Positions 28,601-43,600 of a DNA stretch of 64,000 nt are shown here, one piece after another. Position numbers and translations under genes: made by a program. How positions within the stretch are numbered: position 1 is the first letter of the stretch; every line of letters begins with the position of its first letter. The stretch is from Phoronis australis (Eukaryota > Animalia > Phoronida): contig NMRA01000012.1 in assembly GCA_002633005.1 (NCBI GenBank), positions 462,487-526,486 on the forward strand, written 5' to 3'. The notes under the pieces are model-generated. The model had not been told where the DNA came from. It made no database searches and saw only the letters and a list, made by a program, of their open reading frames with translations.

Positions 28601-31600
28601 AACCCAGTTAACGGCATATTGATATGAAGTTTATAATCAAATTGTACGTCACGCTTTCNGACTTGAGTTGGTGACAGAAATGGAATCCTGTCATGGTAAC
28701 ACGTATTACAAGACCAATTCTATGAGAGTAAAAGGCATAATTTGATTTTCAGATTTTTAGCCAGCTACATTCTAATTAGGGCAAAATGCAACATTAAAAC
28801 ATCACAAGTTCTGATGTTGTGCTGAGATCTATTGTTACTGGTGAACAGTATTAATGAATCTGACTGTGTGTTGTTTCCCTACTTCATATGCCTGTGGTTG
28901 CCTTACTCTTTGTCCAATCTCTAAACCTGTAGTGTGAACAAACTGTTAGTTACTTGTAACGTGTCCAGCATGAAATGCCAATCAATTCTTGCTCAGGTTT
29001 TTATGATGCTCCGGGTTGTGTTCTGGTGCCCAATGCAATAGCGAGACACGTGCAGCAAGAACTCATTATTTGTTGAATGAAAATCTTGAAAATTCCCCAC
29101 AGTTCAGCAGTGCAGCCTTGTTGACCTATTGCTTCAGTGTTGGAGATTTTGCTAGTCTGTGGTAGAAATGTCCTGCGCTCACTTGGGAACACTCGCCTTT
29201 CACTAGCGGTAGTTTTGCATGATTTCATTTGTTCTCACTTTCGTCGTTAGAAACTTCTTCTACAGAACAGTGCATCACATTAAATGACAACGTAGTAACA
29301 TGTCTTATAGTTGGAATTTAACTCAGTGTGGTATTATTATTTATAAAGTTGAAAAAATTAAATTATTGAACTATTCCATTTTAAGGCCACAATCTGGTAA
29401 ACATTTGTAATTGTGGGCTTTACTTCAGTGTTAAGGCTTAACTTCTGCACATCGTAGCAGATGGTTTCAAAGAGATGATTACAAAATTTAAGGCTATGTA
29501 GGGCCCAAGTTTAGCAAACTTGAGAACATCTTATTTCAGAAATATCTATTGGGATCCGTTATGAAACTGTGTCAAACCAATGCTTTATCCACTGTTCTTT
29601 GTAACTCGTTAAGGAATTGTTTTTAAAAAATTCCACTTATTCATGAGATGGTATCAGAAAAAGAGGATCTATGATTTTTACAAAGTTGCATCAAATGACA
29701 ATTTTTAGAAAACCTGAGATTTCATCTTGAATGTTTAAATTGGACGAAATTTGGTCACGTTATTGATACCGTAATTGTTTTGCAATGATTGCACCTTTCT
29801 TTTGTGCAAATTTTTTCTAAAAAAGTTGTTCACATAACCCAGTTAACGGCATATTGAAATGAAGTTTATAATCAAATTGTACGTCACGCTTTCTGCTCTG
29901 AGAAAATGTATTCTCTTATTGAGTTAAAATTTATAGTTTTATAGGTATTTGGTTAAATACACTGACGAGTCGATAAAGTCGATAAGGTCCTTCATTACCT
30001 TCATCCATAATCTGTAAATTTAACTGAGGACCAAAGATTCTAAGATGGTATTAGTTATTTTTATTTCACTCGCTCTTTGACTGAACAGAACTGCTATGAT
30101 GTGTTTTTATTCAGACGGCACTTTTTCAGTTGTTTCACATAAAAATAATGTTTCGGGTTGCAGACTGCAATGCTTCAAATAGTGAAATGTTTACCAGATG
30201 TTATTTTATGACCTCTGTACAATAAAATAACATTTTCATAACTCAGAGATAATTTTAGGATGGTGCCCCATGTCATTGGTCCAAAAATAATTCCATTGAC
30301 GTCCTGTGATTGCTTAGCTCATGCCAACGGGCGTATTAAATTTGGAAGTGGAAAATGAAAGGTACTATCTCGACCCATAGGTCCTCCAAATTGCGTAGAC
30401 TTAAGGTCATGTGGGTCAATTTACCCATACCTTTGTATTTCTGAAGTGATACTTGTAACTGTTTAATTTTTGTTGAGAAATTTGACAAAATGAAATTGCA
30501 CAATTGTCATCCATGCTGTGTGTACTTAATGGGTGAAGTGCTACACTATGTTGAATACCAAAACACTCAATGTAACATCAAAACTGTTACGACTGATGTT
30601 AGATTACTATTTGACCGTGTACTCATTTTACTCTTAGATAACACACGATCAGCTGAGCTGAGCAACTCACGAACTACTGCCGAGGTGGTCATTCTACGCG
30701 AGAAGAAAATCGTCAACATGTTCAACGTCAAGTCTGGGATGATGCGGTTCAGCTTTTTTCTGGAATGTTGTAACCCGGGCTCAATACCTGATCCGGAGCT
30801 GATAGCTGCCATTTTGGACCTTGTAAGTTTATTCGAAAATTGACATATTGCTTTTTATGAGGTGCATAATCTCAAACTTTGTATCATTGTTTTCTTGAAC
30901 TATTCATTTTCTTGTATGTAATATTCACAAGTCAGTTTTGAAAGTATAAGTTATGAAAATGATAATATTGTTAGTACTATTTGTAGTTCTTCGGAAAGAA
31001 AGAAGCTTACTGCCATTTCGTATATGTTCTGACAAATCTTTGTGGAAGTTTCACAATGCTTTGGGTTTAAATAGGTTTGTGGGCTTTTGTTTACATTACT
31101 GGTTACATTTTATTGCTGCGCTTTACTGTTTGGATATTTTGTTTGTGGATAATACATAGCTAAAAATAAATCAACTCATCAGTGTTATTTACAAACTCGT
31201 CTTGCACTGGTTTCACGTCATGTCATGTCATGTGTACTAATTAGTGTTAATGTTAAATGTTTAAATGTTCATTTGAGCAGAAACATGTTTCTGTTGTGAT
31301 TCACTTCAAATAATTATCGTAACAGTATCCTGCCTGTCTTTTGAATATATTATTATTATGGCTATGCAGGACCCTAGAAAAATGTCAAAGGATGTCAAAA
31401 TTTCGAACTTCATGTCTAAGAAATGGTTAATTGAATTCATATACAACTTTCAGATACAATGCTTTATGCACTATTCTCCAAGATGCTATTAGCAATTGTT
31501 TTTAAAATGTTCCAATTTTTTGCATTAGAGGCTAACAATTTGATTTTTTTGAGAAAACTCAAAATTTGCATAAAGCAAATGATACTCTAGAAAACTGTGA

Positions 31601-34600
31601 TAATGTTTTTGAGATTTCATTTTGAACAATAATGTCCAACTAAATTTGGTCATGTTATTGGTACCGTTGTTTCGCTATGACTGTATATCTTTCTTTTTTT
31701 CTAACAGCACATGGTCCCGTGACTCAATTAATGGAAGACTGGTATAAAGTAAAAAAATTAAATGCAACAATTTTCTAATTTTAGGAAATGAATACTTTTG
31801 CCAAATCAACATGACAGTTTTGTAAACGTTTGGTTTAATACATTGATGTGTCTGTATCGTCCTACATAACATTTAAGTGTTCTTGTTAATGTATTTATCT
31901 TCACCAGGAGGCGCCAGTGTTGGCCCGAGCCTGTTTACTCCTAGAGTGTGCCCACTTTGTCCATCGCTGTTCCAAGGGTGACTGGCCGGCATGGATGAAG
32001 TTGAACCTACCTAGCTTCCATCAGACAGGCCCGTTGCACAGTCGGTTGCCTTCAACCTATAGACGCAACACAATGATACAGAGAGCTGCCGGCAGGATGT
32101 TCCATGCTTGGGGAGATGTAGGTTCTTCTGATAATGTTTTAAGTACCTGCAAACATCAACGACCAAAAACAAACATAATATGTAAATAAGTCACTGTTGG
32201 GACGAGAATTTTTGTTTGTTACTCTGCAGTGCGCAGGTGAGACTAGCTGATGATACCTGTCTATTAAGATAGAAAAGTATTAAATCTTTAAATTTATTAC
32301 AGACTATTTGAGGTAAATATCCTTGACCTTCAGTTGTGCATATAGTGTCGCTGGCTGATTGTGATAAGCTGAAATATTATTAGTGCTTGTCAGAAGCATT
32401 CAGAGTCTTCTAGTTTGTGCATTTTCTTGAACATTTGCACACCAAAAGTAAAAGTGCCCACATTCATCATTTTTGGAGATTTTGTGATATGTTGGGCAGT
32501 TGCCTTAATAGAAATAAATGTCAATGCTTGCAACTCTGCCGTGTTGTCGTACAGGCTGTCCTGAGAGATGTTTTGGACGTATGCTACAATTTTCAGGCAC
32601 TTGGCAAACGTTTGGACGAGTTGTTCAAGAAGGATCAGACAGAAAAGTACGCCTTTTTTAATGAGATCAGAGATGAAAATAAAAGGCGTGATTTACGAAT
32701 ACAAGATGAAGAGGAGGATTTTGCGGACGAAGGTAGTCATTCATTGTAATAAACTTGGAAAGAACTGTTTGTCATTATTTGTCAAAAAGCGACTGTTCTG
32801 GTGCGATTGTTAAAAACACAAATGTTTGTGACCCGCCATCACCTTTAGTAGGAAATGTGATAATGAACATTTTATCTTGTATTCACTGTGGCTGTCCAAT
32901 GCTGTCAAAAACTTGTGATTATAACACCGTCTCTTGAATATCTGTGAAATGCAATCGTGAGCTTCCTGTTGGTGCTCCTTTTGTTACAGCCACTGTCAAC
33001 AAGTCTGGTGCTGACTGTCCATACGCTCTCAAGATGGTGGCCTGTCAAGTTCTCCTAGAGATCACCATGTTCCTACGTGAAACCTATCAGTACTTGCCCC
33101 GCTCCTCTCGCTCGCATAAACATGAACCATGGAGTGGTCATAGTCACAGCTCTCGTCGCCTCAGTAGCGCTATCACGAGTCCGGGACATTCAGAACGTAG
33201 CGTCAGTACCTCCTCTGTGTTTGGTGACTTTCCAGGTATTACTATTTTATGACTTAAAAGGGTTTTACTTTTCTCTTAGTGATAAAGATACTTTGAGACC
33301 GTAGGTGACAGTTCACAAGTTATTTATGCATTAAATTTTCAAGTGTATACTTATCCTCAGGGTGATATTTGGCCATATGGATCTAGTGAGAACAATGTTG
33401 CCTCAGACCTAAGACCACATTGCTTTCCCGAGGTCCATACAACCTGGTATGATATGGTCTATAGTTGTATTATCACATGACCTATAATTGTTTCACCTGT
33501 TATTAGATTAGCATGTTGTTATCTGCTTCGGTGTATTTACGTTGTCTGCTTCGTTTTGTAGTCGGGGTTTATTGTTTCTGCAGTGTCATATCACAAGTAG
33601 TAATTTGTTATGTCTTATGGTGTGAACTAATTGTGATACTCCACAGCCAGCCGTATGAAGAAAGTTATCATACCACGTTTTTAGCCACTCAGAGGACAGC
33701 AGTATTATTGGTCATGTAACAAAATTCAGTTCGGCATCCTACTCTGTATATCACATATTTATATGAATCTGTCATATCTTGCTTGTCATTGCAGAGAGTC
33801 CAACTGACAGAAGAATCACATTTGCCCCCAACAGTCTGGGTGACAGGTCTGACTCTCTTCACAGCAGCGCTACAACCATCTCTATTGCAGATCCTGATGA
33901 AAGACGCAATGAAAAAGGTATGTGTGTACAACATGCAAGGCGTAGCAAATACACCATCCCATGTAACTGGCATTTATTTTGATAAATGTAGCAAATACAC
34001 CATCCCATGTAACTGGCATTTATTTTGATAAATGTAGCAAATACACCATCCCATGTAACTGGCATTTATTTTGATAAATGTAGCTTTTCTCCTCTAATGT
34101 ATTGGTCTGAACCAAAAGTGTACAGGATCTTTGAAAAAAGAATTAATTGAAAGTTACTATGTTACAACCACAAGGTAATTCTCAACGTTGTCCAAGCTAA
34201 AGTGGTAGAGCGGACTTATTGCACTTACAAAATGGGTAGTAAAACTAGATAACCCATTTAACCATCTGGATTTTTTAACAACCGGGACATATTTCTAGCC
34301 TGTAATAACAGCTTTCAAATTAGGCCATCTTTTGAAGCATCTTCTCTCCCTATTCTCGTTTCTTGTATCGTAGTAGAAGGTACCATACTGTGTAATATGT
34401 GTGTGATCTTATGATAACAATCAGTAGTTTCACATGTTGAGCTGGTTGCAAATAATTGGTTGGTCTTTTTACAGCTCAACGACGTAGCACGTGTGGCAAG
34501 AATAAATTGCTGCGTAAACGTCGAGGTTCAGGTAGTCATCCTCACTCGACATCGTCGGCAACGGGTGCGCCTGCAGCAGCTGCAACAACTCAGGCCAGTG

Positions 34601-37600
34601 TAAAGCATCGCAGCTTTAAATTGAAAAAGAGTGAAGATGGATGTGAGTAGCTGCTTGAGGATGGATGTTAGGTCTAGTTGAGACGATATTTAGTGTTTTG
34701 TAGTGTTGAAGTTGATGTTTAAACCTGCTTTTGACCATGTTCTGATGTTACAAACACAAAGTTAGTATTTTAACTTCCAAGGCAACGTAATCACATTCTT
34801 ATTCTTTCTTTATTGGTTTGACTTCACATTGTGTTCATTCTGCCATACAGACTTCACATTGTATTCATTCTGCCATACAGACTTCACATTGTATTCATTC
34901 TGCCATACAGACTTCACCTTGTATTCATTCTGCCATACAGACTTCACCTTGTAGTCATTCTGCCATACAGACTTCACCTTGTAGTCATTCTGCCATACAG
35001 ACTTCACCTTGTAGTCATTCTGCCTACAGACTTCACCTTGTAGTCATTCTGTCATACAGACACTCAGTCCGCCATGACGTACAATTTAATGGGCCTGCTC
35101 TGAAACATTAATGATGTAACACTTCTGAGTAAGGAACCAGATGAGATCAATGTTATAACTGTACGTTGTCTTAATCAAAATTAGGTTTTTGAATGATGGC
35201 ATGGGCTTATTGCCTTTTCAGTGTTTATCACCGTGTTTATCTAGATGTAAATTGCACTAATGTTTCTTGCATTGAGGAAGTCTTGTTTTTCAAAACATAG
35301 TTTTGTTGATATATTCTCGCTGCTGAATATTTTGCAGTTAAATACATCGTGTTCATTTGAAATTGTGAAAATATTTTGCACTAAAACTAGGGTGGGTGAA
35401 TTGAGATTTGCCTAGATTCAATTACCATTACCCATATCAAAAAGTAGCTTTCAAACATACTTGAATGTTCATTTTCTTTTTAACTCTGATAATTCAAGAT
35501 GAACATAAATGTAGGAATGTTTATCCTTCTCAACTCTAGCCATCAAGCGTATTGGTAGTCTTCGCCCCCGTAAAGTCAGCAACCAGTCTCAGTCTCAGTC
35601 TGACGAGGATCACAGCGGGGAGCATGATGGGGTCACTACCCATGATGGCGAGAATGTTGACAGCCCAGAACACACAGATGATGAAGACTTTGAGAACAGG
35701 CTCAGCTGGTCTAAGGTAATGAGACTAGTGTTCTCTTGTTTGTTCACTTTGGGGTAGAAAAAAGTGTTGGTCTAGCATGGAAATTGTTGGTCTGACTTGG
35801 AAATTAAGACTTATTATAAGAACTTCACATTTGTTGTGGAGAAATTTTCAATGAATTGCTGATTATAGGCTTAGGACCATGAGTTGCATTTAAGTAATTA
35901 AGCCGCTTCACGTGCATGGATTAGGTTGAAAGATCAAGCTTCTTGTAAGTTCAAGGGATTAGCATATTGAATGTGCTTTGGAAGCTGAAGTGAAAATTCA
36001 TGAAAGTATTATGCTTTAAGGAAGTAAAAATATAGACTGCATAAATAATACTAGGTGACTGTATAACTGAGCATGGGTGTTTAAATGTGGAAATTTGAAA
36101 AATTAACAGTAGGCATTTTGCCAAACATGGTTGTTTTCCTTGACAAGTACTGTATGGTTGTTGATGTTGTTTTGTTGTGTTATTCTTCTCACGATTATTA
36201 TGACATTGTAACATTACAGATAGTTGTCCAGTTGGCCAACTGTTCCAACTTTGTTTGCCAGCACCAGTTTTACTGTCACCCGGACTGTTTTGAACGACAA
36301 CGGCGCAGCTGCAAGCGACTGATGGCGGCGGTCAGGAAGACATATGAGAGTACGGCGGAGGATGCCAACAAACAAAAGGAGTGTGAAGAGAAGAGTCAGG
36401 TGGACGGAGAGGCTAGGAACAGTCTGATCCGGGATAGGATGAAGCGAAGGGTAGGTGGAGCTTTTGTGGTGTGTCATGCGAAGAACATGACCATTGTCTT
36501 TTGTTTGTGGTCTGGTGTACAGAGACGATTGTTATTTATGTAACAGTTACTCTCTGCACTTCTAACATAATAGTCTTGCCTTGTGCATGTCATAGCTATA
36601 TCACAGTTAGAATTCTTATCTTAATGTTTGAATAGAGGAGTGGCTCATAAAATGTAAAATAGGTCATCCCCTCTGTCTATTGCCGTTAGTCTGTCTTCTG
36701 CTATCAACTTGCTGTTTCTTACCCAGAATTCCACAGTAGCCTCAGCGTTTGGTAGCCTGAATCGACGAGAGAGTACGCCCATTCTGGAGAAGATTCGTGC
36801 CAACGACATCAACTCGTCTCTGCTGAACAAGGACTCACCTGATGACAAAGAGGAAGCCAAGGAAAAAGTTAAGCCCAAGGAAAAACTTCCAATTCTCAAG
36901 TATATTGAAACTCAGGTATACTGTTTGTCAATAATTCTGTTGAATAATTTATCATTGACATGTGTACATTTTGAATCCTTCGATTGAAAGATAGCAAAAT
37001 TATTATGGATACCTTTTACAAATGTCTCGTGAGAATCAGATTAAGTTTTGTCTGCTTCTGGTGAGCTGAATCCAGAAAATTTCTGTTTTTCTTTCTTACA
37101 GTTTATTCAAAAATTCCTATCAGTTTTACAAATAACGTCATATTTAAATGAGTCAATGAGTGTCACGTCAATTCTTACAAAGTTGTAACGTGTTCATCTC
37201 GAAGCATAGAGAAGAGTGTATGTTATACTTTTCAACTGAACTTTACTTAGCTCAATTCCCACTATTTTTCTCTATATTTTGACAGGCTAAAAACCTCAGT
37301 CAAAGTTTGTTAGCTATCATAACCAAAGGAGCACCAGTACTTCCAGAACTGTGCCTACAAGATATTATGCCTGTTGCTTGGGAACTGTTGCTAGAGAATG
37401 ACCAGGAACTGTCTGCTGCTGCCGCTTCCATTTACATTCTGGGCTCAGTGAAATGTCCCGACTTTGCCCACGACATGATCACCAAGGAGCTACAGCATGA
37501 AGAAACCAACCAAAGAATCAATGCTATATTGAGGTTGGTGATTTCCAGAAGTGATGTACACATATGATTAGTGCCTTTTCACTACATCTGATGGTACATA

Positions 37601-40600
37601 AGTCATGTGTAGAGTATTATAGTATAGTAATATGTTAATTTAATTTACAGTAGATTACATGCATTTGTTTGTTAATTATTAACACTTTCAAAAGCATTAT
37701 GCTTAAAACACAGAAGGATGGATTGACTTTTGTTTATTCTATACCCATTTCCATTCTGAAATATTTAGTTTCTTTGAATGTTGGCATGGGAACATGTAAA
37801 AGTATTTGTTTAAGAACAAAGCAGATTGTAGTGTGCTATGTATTTTAGAGTTTTTACTACAATATTACTCAATTACTTTGGATATTGGTTTTGTGCACAC
37901 CCTCGTCACATTCTTCAATTTGTATTTTCGTTTCCAGATTCTTCTCACTGTGGAAGTTTAGGTTCCAAGTATGGCCAAGGATGGAAGGGGGCGCCAACGT
38001 ATTCTTCAAAGTGCCTCCCCCAAGTATTGACTTCACTGTTCCATCCCCAACAATAGGTATCCCTAGTTTGACTATCGTGGATCCAGCTTGGACCCCTCAT
38101 TTCAAGATGAAACTGGAGGAAGTCACAGTGAACCAAGAACAAAGCATTGCTGTATGTTCTGTTCATTTCTTATGATCTACTTTATCAAATGCGTTTAGAA
38201 TGTCTGTGCTTTTTTTGAAAGCCTACCTGTCAAGACATATAGAAAAGGAAGAATTATTGAAAAAATGAACAGGTGCTCTGAAAGTAGCTAACGTTTCCTC
38301 TATAATGCTTCATGTCTCCCTGGTTAGCTAACTAAAAGAATTAGCTATGTTAGGAGTAGCCAACCCCTGTAAACTCACGTGTTTTCTTGAGTTGCTTATG
38401 GTTTCAATGTTCAGGTTGGTAAGTGATGTTACGATTTTATGTTAGTAAAAGGCCCTGTTTGAACTTTTGTTTTTTAGCCAGCTAAACAGGGCGAAATGCA
38501 GCTTTGACAAAGATTGTATTTTAAAACACATGGGCCCTTTACTGCCTTCTTTGAGGTTTTCTGAAACTCACGGTGAGCTTGAGAGAATGTTAGCTACAGT
38601 GGGGAATTTTCATTGAGCATGTTGTTTAACAAAACATGCTATTAAACTTATAATACTCTTATACTTCATGTGATTTTCAATGAATAGAACTGACGTTGGA
38701 AGATGGAAAAGATGAAGTGAATTTTTAATGTTCATTAATTATTTTGCACAGAAAACCTTTGTTACTGCCACAAGCACACGTCGTAAGCAGCAACAGGAAA
38801 TCATCAAAATGGCACTATTGGCTGAAGACAATCGTAAACGTGAAGCCAGGGAAGAGTTTCCATTGACTACTGTTCCAGTCATCCAACAGGCGGCGTATGA
38901 ACCTGCATTGCATCATAAAACGGAAGAGGATGAAGAAGGTAAGATGGGTTTACTGCACTCATGAGTGTTGGTGAGCTGGATGTACACGTGGGCTATTTAT
39001 TACCTATTTTCATATTTCATCTACTGGTGTTGGACTTTGGACTGTATTGTTCACTACATAATATAAATAGTAATATCAGGTGGGAATACTTAAAATTTGT
39101 CTGAAAAAATCTTATATTACCAAATGAATTCCTATCACTTTCTGATTTTTATGTTTTATCTCAGATTGTTGTGTGTAAAACTAATTAGCAAACTTTAGAC
39201 GACGGATAACTTGATGTGAAAAAATTGTCAATTACAACTTTTGGAAGTTGTGATTTTTAATTTTTTTGCTTGATGATTTCCATGCAATGTCAAAATTAAT
39301 GGTCAGAGATAATTAGAATTGGTTGTTGTTGAGTAGTTTTGAATTTTAACTTATTAGTAAGAGTTGATTGGTGCTGATTAATTTCCAAGAAATAAGATGT
39401 TTCATTTGCTTTTATTGCAAAGCCATTTAATATATCTTGTGAGGAAAGTTTTGGGAGATACTATTTGCACTTAATTTAAAGCGAAATCACTTGATTATGT
39501 TTAGACATTAGGAAGGAACACAGAACTGGTTTCCGTGAGTGATGTAGAGTCATGAGTTTGAGACAAATTCTTCTTACTTTTCACATCCTTAAGTTTTTGG
39601 TTTTACTGATCATGGTCAAGATAGTGGCACTCTGAATTTATGTTTTACAGCACAGAACTGTGAATATTTTGTCAGCAAAAGTAGTAAAATAGTTATAATT
39701 GCACTAGTGGTATATGACACATTAAAACGATAGTGGTGTAGAGTTAGTGAAGGCAGTGCCCCCTGTGAGCCAAGCAAGACAACATCAAGGGAAGTATATT
39801 GAGCATAATGGATTTTTCTGGTCTTTACAAGGTGAGGAAGATGTTCAATAAATATGCAATATGCTAATGACACAGTCCTCTTTCTTGAAAGTTCCAACGA
39901 ATCACTAAAACACTCTATGAGTTGATTGGACTAGTTTCCCAAGTTCTCGGGTTTGAAATATCACTTTGGAAAAAGTCATTGAATACAATAAGCATATTAA
40001 AAGTGAAAAAAGACATGTTATAGAATCTCACCAATTTCAAATCAGTCATTTTACATTATTCAAAGGCTTCTAATATTGTTGTGTATGTCCACAATTTCTC
40101 AAAAAAGATTTTGATGGTGGCTATGATATTAAACTTAAAAATGATAAAGTGTGACTTTGATGCTACTCTTATATGAAATGTAAAAAGAAATTTCACTTCT
40201 CAGCCATAAATTTGTAAGATTATGCTGTACTGTGATTTTTGCAACTATTGGCATTGTTAAGAAATTACACCATGACTTTATGAGACACTAACAATATTCC
40301 CAGTTGTCATGAAGTTTGTATCACTATTCACTGGTTATAGTTAGGTTAAGTTTTAGGATGTACTATATATTCATTACGGGATTATTAGAAATCATAGATT
40401 GAAATGTGTGCCTCGGAACGATGGACATTCATTTGCAGGGTAAAGGATTGAACTGTAGAAAAGTACAGGATTACCTTTTATCATGGTTGTTGATTTATAT
40501 TTTATCTGTCACATAGTGTATTATGTAATATTTAACATGATATGTGTCCAGATATAAATCACATTGCAGCACTCGGTGCTTGGCATAACGCCAACTCGCC

Positions 40601-43600
40601 AAATGCGACTTGGCAAAAATCCCAGGTTTCCAAATGAAAACTGAGGTCGCCAAAGCTGAGATCACCGACCAAAAGATTTCTTTTCTAGCAGTTGTATATT
40701 TTTGCTTAAATGGAGAAAAATTTGAATTTTTTACTGCTATTTCTACTTTACATTCAGTCCTTTTATCCCCTACAATTAGCAAAACATTGCAATTTTAAAG
40801 ATAGGAGTTGGGTTTTGTTCTTTTTATAAGACGTTCAAACATTTTGGTATAAACTCTGATCTGGAAAGTATGTTAAATATGCAAGAACACGAGTCATAAT
40901 TATGTGGTTACCATGTTTAGAAGTGTACGTTGTACTTACTGGTGTGAAATGTGTGCAAACTTGTCGTGTTGTATGATGGGTGCCGTCTGCTCATGATTGC
41001 TGATCCCTGCACTCTTTATTACTGCACTGTGTTCCATGTTCGGCCGACATGATCACATCTTGTCAAGCCTATAGATTTGTGAAATATGAAAAGATTTCAT
41101 ATTCCATTCATTGTTGATTGTTGAAAATGGCATCTACAATCGATGGAGATAGTCTTTGTTTGCTTTTACTAAACTAAAGCATGTCTTGCAAATTTTTTTC
41201 CTTGACATTAGACTTAGTTGGCTTCTAGAGTGACAGTAAAGACGTGTAGCTTTCATTCTGGTTAAACCCGCTTATCCTTTTTCTGTATTAAGAATTTTGT
41301 GAATTTGACTCTTAGGTATTCATGTGCACTTACTGAATGAACAAGTATCCTCTATTTCTACCAGAGTAGTTTAAAATTTGAACACAACTAAAAAGCTTTT
41401 GATCTTAAAGATTTCAGCAGTAAAAAAATTCCCACTGTGCAACATTCAACATGGAGGCCGAGCATGCTTCTCCCAGATGCACCCTAAGTACTGTGATGTG
41501 AAGTGGCTTCTCCTAACATGCATGTGTGCTTTACTTTGACTTGTCAGTGCTGCAGGAAGAGATAAATATGGCCGCTCGTCGTGTCTCAATCGCGCCTATC
41601 AGTCATCGCACCTCGCACATTAACCGTATGTCATGGAGATCTGACAGTGTGCACACCTGTGGTCGTACTACACACGAAGGTATTTCTATGTCAAGGAGGT
41701 TTTCACGTGTTCTTCGAACCAGTACAGAATATGAACTTGCTTGCGTCCACCATGGAAATGATTTTTCACCTACAAGTTTGTCACAATTGTGTCTTTTTGA
41801 GTTTAAAAAAATGTTTCTCTTTCCACTGCTTATACATGTTTTTACTGCAGAAATGAAAGAACATCTAATGCGAGTTAATCAAAAATGATGGTGTTGGGTA
41901 TTTTTAAGGATTTTGAAATAAAATAATTTTTGATTGCGATAGTTTTTGGCCAAAGTATTATCAAAAATCTTACAACCAGCACAGTTGTTAATTCTTCGAC
42001 ACTTTTTTCTCGTTTGCCTGGCGATGTAAGTGTGGAACGTTGCATTTGTTGTAAGATTTTTGAAAATCATTTTGGGGTTTGAACTCACAAATTACAGTGT
42101 TAGTGCAAAGTGGAAGGGTTTGGTTTTTGATAAATGTTGTCGTCTGCTTGAAATGTTGGAGTGCACGAGTGGAAAGTGTTTGTATCTTGTAATTAGTGTT
42201 ATGTGAAAGTTAATTCTTGTATGATACAAAAACACTTGTGACTACGTCTATTGAATAAATGTTGGCATTTTTTTCTAATATCTTCACTTCGAAATTGTTC
42301 AGATGTACAAAACACAAACGTTCACCGAACGAGGTGAGAGAAGTATGTTCCATGCCGTCATTAAGTAATAGCTGTGCCACTATTTTGGTTGAATGCACAC
42401 AACACCTAGTGCTATGAAATCACTTTTATTCACCAAACATTCATAGTTTCTGAGCACTTAATATTACTTTATCCTGCAAGGACTACAAAATGGTTTGTCG
42501 TCTCAATTTTGTTGTTACTGTTTGCATATGCCAGTAAGTATGTGGCAATGGCCTAGTTTTTTGATGCACTCAAAACTTAGTTGAAAGCCTTGTGGATAAC
42601 ATTTATTGTTCACTTGATTGCTTTGATTAAATTGCTTCTTTAACTACATAACATAAATTATCATGTAAAAGGCTTTGCTTTGACTAGTTTGAAAATCCGT
42701 CTTATTCGTACAAACTGCATAGTGATCAATTTTCAATGCTTTCTTGCATGACTGCTTTTTTCTGCGCATTTCATCGATTTACTTTGTAGTTGCACGACCT
42801 TCAACGTGTGTGCCATACTTCATTTTGTGCGAAGATTTTTGATGATCTTGTTAATTTTCATCTAGGCGAGGAGACCGAAAAAGTGGAGCATCCGCACACG
42901 CATACTATGCACCAGGCTCACAGTTTCTTCCCATCATGCATCTGTGCTGCGGTTCTCCCCATCATTAACTTACTTGATGATGTGGATGTGACTGAAGAGG
43001 GCATCGCAGGTCAGTTATGTGCCTGTCCTCATGGCCATGCTATTGGAAGTTATCATCAACTGCGAGTTGACTGGTCTTTAGTTATTACTTGGGGGAAATA
43101 TTTTCAGATTTTGTATTTACTTGATTACATGGTGTTAGAAAGATAGACTCTTTAAAAGCATTCATGCTATACGTACAAAGAAGACATTTTGGCGAAAATT
43201 TCACAAGATGCTGAAAGTCAGTGGCAGACTAATTGATAAGATTGTTTTGGGATTGGTTCCAGGCATCATAAGCTGCTAATATTTGTTTAAACGAAAAATA
43301 TGGGGAAAATGTTTTAAGAAACTTTACACTAATTAGTTGCAAGGCTGTTACATACACATGAGAATAAAGAGCTGCCTTTACAGTCATTTTGGGCTGGGAG
43401 GGGTTATCTAGTGGCATGGTGGCTTTGAATTTTGTGCATTGTTTTAAGTCATGGTTGTCATTCCTACATGAGAGGCCTTTTGAAATTGATGTGCAAGGTC
43501 ATATAACTGTCCCAGTTGGACTGTGTAACTAAGTGCTCATTAACAAAGGGTTATGATCCTGGTGAAGAAGATAATTCCTTTATTACCCCCTGTGGTTCCT

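Noticed and set aside
26240-38166. Antisense ORFs overlapping exons (e.g. 26240-26602, 30567-30812, 36645-36899)
   Set aside because: Typical shadow frames of GC-richer coding exons.
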